Assembly: GCA_032718475.1 (NCBI GenBank)
Contig: JAUCBJ010001113.1
Coordinates: forward strand, 1-64,000
From: Nemertoderma westbladi
Taxonomy: Eukaryota; Animalia; Xenacoelomorpha
Reading direction: 5' to 3'
Length of the DNA stretch: 64,000 nucleotides
In this document: positions 14,285-24,300 of the stretch, in pieces
Numbering within the stretch: the first letter of the stretch is position 1
How the letters are laid out: each line of letters opens with the position of its first letter
Translations under genes and position numbers: made by a program
The notes under the pieces: generated by a model
What the model was told of the DNA's origin: nothing
Seen by the model: the letters and a program-made list of their open reading frames with translations, nothing else
The model's database searches: none

Positions 14285-14860
14285 GCCCATCTGGTTCGGG
14301 TAAATCTACTTTTGGTAGCAACTTAATTAAACACAAGAATGGTTGCTTCAACGAACCCCCCTTGCGAGTATTGTATTGTTATGGGAGCAATCCCCCAACT
14401 ATTCCCGGTATTACTCACCTTTATAAAGGTTTGCCTGAAAATGTAGACAGTTTAGTAAATAGTCGAGATTTATTAATTATAGACAATTTATTAACAGAAA
14501 CCGAGTCCAGTACTCAGTACTGCCTTAACTGTATTGTTTACTAAGGTTGCTCATCATTCCAATATATTTATTTGTTTCATAACGCAAAACATGTTTTACG
14601 GTGGGAAGCATAACCGTACAAGATCAATTAATAGCCTTACCTTAGTATTAATGCAAAATCCTCGATACAGTTTATTGGTTTTAAATTTCGCGAAGCAGAT
14701 GTTACCTGGGCAGACCTAATTTTGAGTAGATTCCTATCAAGATGCGACTATTGAACCATTTTCGCATTTCTTAATTGATTTACAACAGGAAACACCCGAA
14801 CATTTAAGATTTAGATCGGATATATTTCGTAATCATAATTGTTACATTAAAAATTACTTT
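14281..14860 (+). pseudogene. Polinton A32/FtsK-like packaging ATPase (5'-truncated, frameshift and stop)
   Basis: Walker A GPSGSGKST, LYCYG, Walker B LLIID, FTKVAHH.NI..CFITQN, QNPR, and LIDL.QETPEHLRFRSDIF in the downstream sequence. Confidence 0.9.
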
Positions 14861-14933
14861 GACTATAAACGTAGTGATAATAATAATAATAATAATAATA
14901 ATTAATATTCATATTTTGTAAAAATTTTCAATA

Positions 14934-15327
14934 ATGTTGCAACAATGAATAGACTTGTACAGAAATATCGTAACGAATTGAATTTCTACGCAGCGCCACC
15001 CCTCAACAAAGAACTTATTTTATTAACCATACCGCTAGTAACGAATTAATATGCCTCATTGTAAATACTGCATTAAATGTTCTAAAAGGTAACGTACAAT
15101 TGACCACCCATTCATTTAGAAATATTCGTCGTTATAAACAGGTATTAAAATCACTCAACCGCAAAACAAAAAATATGTCAAGTTACAGAAAAAAGTTAAC
15201 CAATCAATCTGGTGGTATACTTCCGTTTCTAATACCCCTACTCGGCATTGGCGCGAAACTCGCTGTGGGGGCTGGTGCCGCCGCCGCTGGAGCGGCTATT
15301 GCGAAAAGAATTAACCATGGACGGTAA
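14934..15327 (+). pseudogene. Polinton small basic core / membrane-lytic-type protein
   Basis: Basic region followed by QSGG-ILPFLIPLLGIGAKLAVGAGAAAAGAAIAKR, located between ATPase and integrase. Confidence 0.6.
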
Positions 15328-16275
15328 TAATACTAATAATGGTTAAAACGGGAGTAACATTTAGAAATTTATATTTAGTATCGAGTAAACTGTTAGCTAC
15401 TGATTTAAAACCTCAAGATATACCTAGAGTAAATACTACAAAAAGAAAACCCAACAAAACATCAACTTCAAAGAAAATAAAAAAATTTCAGCTGTTTTTA
15501 CGGTGATGCCCTTTATAAGAGATTTGAATATACATATTACTTGCGGTTGTTGAAAAGATGCCACGCAAGATGAGACCGATTTTAAGCCGGAGCTTAGACA
15601 AAAAACCATTAAGAATTTATTCAGATCCTTCATCACCTGCGGGGTTTGCAAGTATCACAAAATTAGCAAAAGCGGCAAACATCAAACCATCTCAAGCCCA
15701 GAAATGATTGAGCAGACAAAAGACATACTCCCTTCACGCACCACATAAACATCATTATCCAACATCTAAAATATTTACGGGAGGGTTAAAAGATATATAT
15801 ATATGATAGATCTGGTGGATATGCAGCAATATAAATCCCCAAATAATAATTATAACTATATATTAACATGTATTGACGCCTTTAGCTGGCTTGCTTTTGC
15901 CTACAGTATGAAAACAAAAACAGGTATTGAAATTATTTGTATATTGCAAAAAATATTCCAGAAAGGTAAACCAAACAGAATTGTGACTGATCAAGGATCT
16001 GAGTTTCTAAATAAATCTGTGAGGAAATATTTAGATACTATTGGAGTACGGTATTATGTAATGTACTCTGTGAATAAGGCGGCTATAGTCGAGAGATTCA
16101 ATAGAACATTAAAAACAAAAATTTTCAAAATTTTCACGCAACATGGGAATAATGTTTGGATAAAAATTTTACCGAAGCTTATTTTTGCTTATAATAGGTC
16201 ATTTCATAGGACTATACAAATGACGCCCATTTAAGTTAATAAATTTAATGAAACTGAATTAATTAATAGATTATA

Positions 16276-17810
16276 CAGTCCCAATCCCAATAAACATTAA
16301 CTTGGTCGTTTTGGCGGCCAAAATGACCAAAATCGCCAAAAAAAATGTAGTGTATTCCTATGGGCTACTTGGTCGTTTTGGCGAAGCGATTTAATTCGAC
16401 ACAGTCAAGTCCAGACAGCCCGTCTCCTTGGACATCCATTTGGTTGCTCTGACTAAACTCGCTTTCATTTTTATTATTGACAGATTGTTAACTTACCCGG
16501 AGCTGAGTCGGGCCTTTCAGTTGTAGTAGAGACCACCCACTGAGGCATTGATACAGCACAGGCTAATACGTAACAAGGGAGTTAGTTGAATGCGACTTTG
16601 TTAAAAGGAGGAGTATGTATAATAATCGGATTTTGTGTGTTATTATTAGATAATCACTTCTAACCTTTTCCTTTGTGTAGCTTCAGTTTAGAGTCATTAT
16701 GAAATGGCAACGTGTTCTGTATGAAGGCGTCCTAATTATAGTTTTATAGTTAGAAGCTGGGTCTGTGACAGGGCGAGAGGTAGCTATTAAATAGCGACAC
16801 TCAGTCTCGAACGAGTTCGGTATACTGATGAAATTCAGATTAAGCGGCGCGGCCTATTTCTAGTAGCTGGATCTGAATTCGAGGGCGATAGTAACTGAAA
16901 ACATTATAATATCAGGCTCTGGCTCTGCGCTAACAGTCAACAGAGTTGGCATATTTGGGTGAATTTATGATGATGAAATTATTATTTATCGAGACAGGGG
17001 GGGGGGGGGGGGGGGGGGGAAACTGGACGCAAAACTCGCCTTGGCAAATTAATATCCCGCCTCAATGTTAAATTCTCAATTTAGGGAAAGGAGCAGGTTA
17101 CAGTGGCACGTTATTTTAACCAAAACAATAAATTAAACATAAATGAACATCACAGTTTTATTTTTGAGAGTAATCATCTGTTATTTGCGTCAAATTTCCC
17201 CTGGAGAGTGATGAATTTTTATGGCGTCCAGTCCCCCCCCCCCCCCCCCCCTAACTGTATTTATGAGAGCATTTATATTATAGCGTATTAAACTGCTAAA
17301 TAAAGAAAAATCTATGTAAATACTTTTCTCATATTTTAAAGAATTTTTACAAATTAAATATATGAACTTGTTATTTTTATTACCAATCGAATATAATTAA
17401 AGTAAATAATTAATTATTACGCTGCAAGTGCTAGCACACTGCTTATAACCTAAGTGACAGGTAAAGGTGTGTTAATTATTAGATTAGTAAAAATTATGTA
17501 GAAAATAATAAGTTAGGGCGGGCGCCTCACACTGCACTTTTACAGGCATGTTTACTACTGTGGCGAGTCCAGCCGTTACTACACTGGAGCCTTTCTCTCT
17601 ACCTAAAGGTAGAGAGAACTCTACCTCAGAACTCTACCTCAGCGCCAACATGCTGGGTTTTAACTACAGTCAGCCTGTATTCACTGGCTGTGATTGACAA
17701 GCCAACATGCCTCAGCAGTTCCTTTCATGAATACCACAGTTTTTACTTGGCCATTTTGGCAATTTTGGCCGCCAAAATGACCAAGTTAATGTTTATTGGG
17801 ATTGGGACTG
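16276..17810. mobile_element. Non-autonomous Tc1/mariner-type element (TA TSD)
   Basis: TIR CAGTCCCAATCCCAATAAACATTAACTTGGTC at both ends, TA on both sides. The empty site GATTATATGGG is present in the paralogous integrase (~12080-12090). Confidence 0.93.
16997..17251. mobile_element. Small inverted-repeat element with poly-G/poly-C termini nested in the MITE
   Basis: G-run+AAACTGGACGC ... GCGTCCAGT+C-run. Confidence 0.5.
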
Positions 17811-18441
17811 TATGGGAAATATAGACAGATTAATCACAAGAAAATAAAATTACAAGTTGGAGATATAGTACGATTATCTATTGCTCGTACTGCTTTTGCC
17901 AAAGGCTATCAAGAACAATGGACTCATGAATTATTTATTATTCATTGGGTCAGATTGGATAGAGTACCGGCGGTAATGTTTGATATTAAGGACAGCGCTG
18001 GTGCTATAATAAATGGTTCATTTTATTCATACGAACTCCAAAAGGTCCACCCGAGTAGTAATATTTATCTTCCGATTGACAAAAATATTGGCAAACTTAA
18101 AGACAAATAATGATAGATGTGCGTAATAGGAAAAAAGAATATTTAGTCAGATTCATTGGGTCCAAGAAACAGTCTTTGTTACAGCATATTAAATAAGTTT
18201 AGGTTTATATTGTATATTAATTCATTGCACGAATAATGGTCACATATGCACATAATTAATCAATATTAACTTGAATGATATTACTATACTATACTGTAAG
18301 TCTAATATCTATAGTTCATTCGCTTTAAATATTAATCACTCTCATATACTGTAGAAGCAATGAACGTGACGACAGATGTCTATAATTTAACATTATACAA
18401 GCGTACAAGCGAGTCAAGTAGAGAGCTTAAATAATAATAAT

Positions 18442-18585
18442 AATGGCTATAGATACATATACTTGGTAAATCGAATTCACACAAACTATCCAATAATGGC
18501 GTTTACAAATAATGTGGAAATAAATGAAATAATATTATATAAATGGCTTGTTAATTATTATAAAATAAACCAACAAGCATTGTAA
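18442..18585 (+). pseudogene. Deletion junction fusing the minor capsid start to the protease C-terminus
   Basis: ATGGCTATAGATACATAT matches the minor capsid start at 11448 and runs directly into ACTTGGTAAATCGAATTCACAC...GCATTGTAA, which matches the protease end at 54302-54425. Confidence 0.85.
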
Positions 18586-18619
18586 TTAATCATTTAACTT
18601 GTGTTTATCTCTCCCTGGG

Positions 18620-19079
18620 ACCCCCTGATATTAACTTATCAGCATTAGATAAAGCCCATGTAAACAATTTACGTGACATGACTTCGCATTTGCCGTGGAT
18701 TTACGGGAACATTGAACAAGATGACTTCAAAAAGTACATGAAGAGACATTTAAAATATAAAAAAAATATATATGTATTCGGGTTGATGAAGCTGGCAATA
18801 TTAATTACCGAACTTGATGTTCTCGCTCCAAAATCGATGGAGAAATTGGGAATATATCAACTATATTATAATTATTTAACCCCATGTCCTTTTCACGACA
18901 AATTTTCTACTGTAGAAGATAAATGCGCTTACCACTTAAACAGAAAGGACAACTGCCTGCGGTACTGCACTGCAAAATGGGTCAGAGGGTATGAAATGAA
19001 ACGATTTTTCGTGAGAAAGCGATTAACTGAGACTGAAAATAAACAGAAAGAAATAACTGCAGTGGAAGATGTACAGTAG
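18620..19079 (+). pseudogene. Conserved Polinton ORF (possibly DEDD exonuclease-like), N-terminus deleted
   Basis: Paralog of 53574-54257. HLPW.YGNI, IYVFG.MK, CPFH...C. Confidence 0.6.
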
Positions 19080-19788
19080 GTTTACTCTAAGCATGTAATG
19101 TGATGGGATAATATAATTGTTTTAATGTCAATAAAAATAATAAAAACATTAAAATCTAATTTTTTATATCTCAGTCTGGTGGGCAGGGTTTAGGTTTACA
19201 CCCTCAAACACACACCAACCGGTAGCTAGCCGGCTAGCTAGCTGTTGCATCTGAGTTTAACTACCGGTAGCTGACTTTACACACTGACATATAACAGTGC
19301 TAAACTGCAGAATGACTCCCCTTCTAGACTGACAAAGTACCGCTTTAGCGTTACTAATAATAAAATCAAATAAACTCGACATGTGGTTTGCGAATGTGGC
19401 ATTAGAGTGGCCCACCTAACAATAGGCCTACCGGTACTGTAGCACCCTTGTAACAGTATAGTCAGATAGGGCATGCTGGTTCCTTCGATTTAAGGATTAT
19501 TACACTTGAATGCTTCCAATTTTCTGTTTACAACTTTAATTGGTCTAATCTAGATTATTACTAGGCTACTACTGTCGCATAGGTAAGCCTATACGGCTAT
19601 AGTTAACTTTATGTGGGCCTTTCTCGAATGTGGGGCCAATTTGGTTTACAGTTAACCTTTAGAACTCACAGTCAGACGGTTGTGAATAAAACATTAGGCG
19701 CGCCTTCATTCGGTTAGGCATATAGGCCTAATGACTCCTCAACTGAAAGCCGACTAGCTCAGGGATACAATAGGTGTGGCTAGGTAGC

Positions 19789-20971
19789 TGTAAAGGCTTT
19801 TGCGGAATTAGCTAGTCATTTTCCCCACAAAGTACTCTGTAGGTGTTTTAGCGGAAATAAAAAGCCGTTTCCTTACTGTACCGGTGTTTTAGTGGACATA
19901 AAAAGCCATTTCTTCTGTATGTGTACTTTAGCGGACATAACTGGCGATTTTGTGTCGCAGTGCGCCAGGGTGCTCTTGAATCAGTGTGGTTCCAATGACG
20001 GCATCTGTCGGCTGATGTGTCCACGTGTAACTTTTTCTTTGTTCTTTGTTCGGTTGGCCAATCAGAGCGATTTTCATTTTATTTGTACAGAAACCTCCGG
20101 GAAATCGCGCAATGTATTCTGGTCTTTGTTTACCTTTTTTCCTAAGCCTAGAACATCGGCTGTGGAATTATTCTGTGTTTCAGACTTTAGCCAAACATTA
20201 GAATGGCTTTGATTATAGAAACGTATAACTGTTATCAACTCCACTCAGTCTGCCATACCTGGCATACCAGACTCGCCGTACCTTTCACCGCATTATTTTA
20301 CTGCTATTTACTGTTGGTTATTAATTGTATCAGTTGATGGAATATAATATTTGGAGAATATCGATAAATAATCAGAAACCCCAATCTTCTTGATATACTG
20401 AAGGTTAGAGAGACCGGTTACATATAGCAATTGCGACTTACATTAAAGTGGTTTTGGAGTGAATTTAATGCTATTTCATAGGCCCTACAGGTGTCAGTTG
20501 CTGTTCTCTTTATATGTGACTAAAATTAGTGAAGGTCGGCAGATCGGTGTGCAGCATTGTGCAGTAGTGTGCATGACTGTGACAGATAACAAAGCATCTC
20601 CTAAAGAATGCACTTTATACGTGAATCAATAGCCATCCTGTTGTGTTTAGTGTAAGTCATAACTCTGTTTACATACTTAGAGCGCCACGTCCTAAAGGAA
20701 CTGTTAATATTTCCCGAAAGTGAATAATATTTGTCAGAGATTATATATTAACGATCAATCGAATAATACAGTAGGCCTACACCGCAATAAGGTCAGAGCT
20801 TCCGAATCCAGTCTCCCGGGTAAATCCAGCGGGTGAATGGTCGCGCATAGGCTGGCTTCGGCTAATGTAGTTTAAGTGTATCAAATACTTGTCATAGGCT
20901 AAAGTCGATTTATAACCTAGAGACACCTAAATTTGGCAGGTTAAACTGCTAAAGGTCTAAAAGCGCGAACA
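19789..20971 (+). repeat. 5' LTR (1183 bp)
   Basis: TGTAAAGGC...GCGCGAACA. Roughly 98% identical to the 3' LTR by eye. CCAAT box near 20058. Confidence 0.96.
20224..20235 (+). promoter_or_regulatory. Putative transcript 5' end / self-primer (TATAACTGTTAT)
   Basis: Exact reverse complement of the 12 nt following the LTR. The homologous site in the second copy is 9112-9123. Confidence 0.7.
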
Positions 20972-20983
20972 ATAACAGTTATA
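20972..20983 (+). promoter_or_regulatory. Non-tRNA primer-binding site (ATAACAGTTATA)
   Basis: Immediately follows the LTR-terminal CA, has no TGG, and is complementary to 20224-20235. Confidence 0.75.
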
Positions 20984-22496
20984 GCTTCTGTATTGCAACG
21001 TAGGCAATAAAGCTGAAGTACCGGTCGACTGATAACCAGTAGGCCTGACTGCCTAACCACCCGAACCGGTACTTACAGCAGTATAGGTACATCAGTATTA
21101 TTCGATTTTGATAATTATATACCGGTAGGTCTTGATATTTAATCAGGGAGGGCCCGCCCTGGTTTTTTATTGGGATTTTACTTATTTCTGTCAGTTTTAT
21201 TTATATGTAAGTTAATATTGAGCAGAAGGCGTGTAAGCCTGCTCAGATTGTACAGATAATTTGTAGGCTGGACTGTTGTCTGACTGTTGTTAAGTCTGAA
21301 GAGATTGCAGTGTGTGTAGAGTGTATGTCCGATAAAGTACTAGTTAGGAACGTGGGGGCTTCCAGTGCTGTAAGGTAAATCCCCCCCCCCCCCCCGAAAG
21401 AATAAGTCGTACTACTCGGTTAGAACGCATACTAACTAACCATTTCGGAGTCTGCATGTGCTGTGGTTTATTTAGGCTTGATAGTACTCTGCCAGCGTTT
21501 GGTCTGTATTTTTGTTTATATGTGTTTGTGTGTATTTTTATTATTCAGAGTTTATGCGATTATTCGCAACATTCAAAACCCCAAGTTTATTCCTACAGTA
21601 ATTGTGCTTGTTATACATACCGTTATAGTTAAATTAACCCCGGTACTACATCAGGGCTGTTTGGCGTATGTAAAGACTGGTGATTTTATGCTCTAGTCAT
21701 TCCAGCAGATACCGTGGTTCTTTTAGCTGTACAAGTATTTTTAACTGCTGGTTATTTGTTGTATAAGTACTTGTACCTAATTTAGGGTTTAGTGTACAGT
21801 GCTTTCCGAAGGTAATTAGTGTGTAGGCAGTCTATTTGTGTTGTAAAGTGGTTAATAGGCACGTTGGCTCTGGTAGGCCGCGGTAATTAACTTCTAGGTA
21901 GGAACACTCCGTGTACATAACGTAGTACTTATAGCGCTACGGCTATAAGTCGTCAGACGGTGGTATTTTTCCTATCTGGACAACGCAATATATTTACTAC
22001 TGCTTTATTACTTTCAAATACCATAGTATCCTGTCCGTTGTAATAACCAGAAATTCTAACCCCTTGTTAGGCTGGTTTGTAGACTTCTTGTAAAATTAAC
22101 CCTAAAAATTCGTACGTGTAATTTTTGTGTTTATTTAGAGATTGTAATCTCAACCCGTAATTGTACATAATTTGTAGTAATAAGTAACTTAGGCAAGTAG
22201 AATTATTTGTTTTAGTGTCCAAAACAATAAGTAGCACTTCACTGAGAGCGTACAGCTTCTGTGTAGTGACTCCTTCCCAGAAATAATAACATTTATTTCA
22301 AACATTGACAAAAACCCATTATACGGGTATATATATATTATAAATCAACTCAAACCGATTTATAAAATAGTAGGCCTGTCATACAACAATTAGGTCTTAA
22401 TATCAGTTGGACTACTGCTTAAATAATGGTAATAAAGTCAAGTAAAGTAACTAAGTAACCTTAAAAATTCAGAAATTCAATTATTCTAAAATAATT

Positions 22497-22752
22497 GACA
22501 TACCGGTATTTACAATAGGCTTATTATATTTATTTCTATAAATTTGAGCTGAAATTATATACCGGTATTCTGTAATTAATTCTAGTCTATAATTATACTT
22601 ATATATACAATAAGTGTAAGCTGTATACCGGTATTCACGATAGGCTTATTATATATTTATATATTTGCGCTGAAATTATATACCGGTATTCTGTGACAAA
22701 CCTAGTCTGTAATAATACTTATATATATACTATAAGTGTATACCGGTATTCT
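22497..22752. repeat. ~123-bp tandem repeat with ATACCGGTAT palindromes in the BEL leader
   Basis: Five ATACCGGTAT sites at ~60-bp spacing (about 22500, 22559, 22625, 22680, 22740). Confidence 0.8.
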
Positions 22753-24027
22753 AATATATTGTGTAAACATATCACGTTACACTGAGTAACTATATCGGTA
22801 ATTAATTACTAGGCTAACAGTTGATACTGAATTACTAGACTTGCTTTAACTGTAATATAGATATATAATATAAATATATATATATATATATACAACCATC
22901 TGTGATCCAGATAGGAGTGCTGAACGTTTGAGACCGAAGTTCAACTCACCTCCAACTGTAAGAAAGGTCATCCCTCCAGTAGTAGTATCAGACCCTAGGC
23001 TAGTCCAACACCGTAGGTCTATCATAGGCACTCGGGCTCAAGTCAAGCGGGATCAAGAAGCAGCTGTCAAACAGCAGCAACACCCTAGCCGAGAACTTAT
23101 TTCTCAGCGGCCCGATAGCTCCAGTAGTTCAGATACTGTAGAGCTGACACCCGAGCGCGGAGCCAAGATGGCAGATGCGGTTTATTCGGATCCCCTTCTC
23201 ATTCTTCCTGCAGCCGTGCTCACTAGGTTATTGATTGCGGTGGAAGAACACCAAATCGATTGGGCGAGAAGTAAGCGATCGACCAAGGATAGTTATGCGG
23301 GATCCACAAGGGAGGAACTGAAGTCTATTGTCGAGTTGCAATGGAACTTCCCCGGACCCGGACTCCCGTTTGACTTATCAGAAGCTGCCTGGGAAGACAT
23401 ACACAGGATGGGAGTGACAAAAGACAGAAGTGATCCAGCTGTGTGGAAGAGGTCGGCAGCAGGATATGTGCAGGGATTCTTCAGCTCTTTGGAGCGATTA
23501 GAGGAACAACTGTTTCAACAAACCCAAGGACCTCAAGAGCAGGGAGAGCTGCTTTATCAAGTTCGAGAAAGAATTCTAAGAATCAGACTAATCCTATCGG
23601 CCTTTGAGGAAGCTTCAAAAAGAAGACAAGACACGTCGTTGCAAGTTGCCGTAATGACTTGGTTCCAGCGGTGAGTCTCAAGGTTCAAGGAACGGCCCAG
23701 TGGAAATTTCAGCTGGCTGAGCGCTCCACCCATGGAGAATCAACAGACGCTACCTTTTCTCAAGTGGAAAGCGAAGCGACACCAGAGAAACCGCAGAAGA
23801 GGGACGCTATTGACATCTATCTGTCAGACTATCAACGATTTCTAGGTGATGAAGAGTTGAGGAGACGGCTGACTGGACTTCGCCCTAATAGTGAAGGAGC
23901 CAAGTTTGTTCTGGACGCAATAGATGTGGAAATGCTAGCTGCGAACCAAGCTAAATTTGATGAAAGCATCTGCATCGCTAAGGTTCAAGAAGAACAAGTA
24001 AAGAAAAAACGTATAGAAGACAGAAAG

Positions 24028-24300
24028 ACAGCAGCAGCGGCAGTGGCAGCGGCAGAAGCGGAAAGAAAAGCGGCAGAAGTGGAAAGAAAAGCGGCAGAGG
24101 CAGCGGCAGAGGCAAAAGCGGCAGCTGCAGGAGTAGAAGCGGAAAGAAAAGCAGCAGCGGCAGAGGCAAAAGCAGCAGCGGCAGAGGCAAAAGCGGCAGC
24201 TGCAGCAGTAGAAGCGGAAAGAAAAGCGGCAGCGGCAGAAGCGGAAAGAAAAGCGGCCGAAGCGGAAAGAAAGATAGCAGTGGCAGAAGCAGAACGGAGG
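24028..24300 (+). repeat. Coding repeat (AEAERKA/AEAKAAA), coiled coil in Gag
   Basis: GCAGAAGCGGAAAGAAAA-type tandem units. Confidence 0.85.

Larger units (their letters stand above)
15590..18196 (+). pseudogene. Second copy of the Polinton integrase, with stops, split by a MITE
   Basis: Inverted paralog of 11711-12724. ORFs 15803-16234 and 17796-18110. Confidence 0.92.

Noticed and set aside
14251-14544. ORF MQLHCSMPILVGPSGSGKST as an intact ATPase start
   Set aside because: The first residues come from the RTE 3' UTR (same sequence at 51536); this is a chance fusion.
19892-20212. 106-aa ORF repeated at 35080-35400
   Set aside because: Lies inside the LTR U3 region and is not preserved in the diverged copy.
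20972-20982. PBS/LTR match as a chance effect of the near-palindrome ATAAC-A-GTTAT
   Set aside because: The second copy's PBS is not palindromic yet still pairs 12/12 with the homologous LTR position.
22497-22752. CRISPR-like regularly spaced palindromes
   Set aside because: The spacers are themselves duplicated (123-bp tandem), the context is eukaryotic and there are no cas genes.
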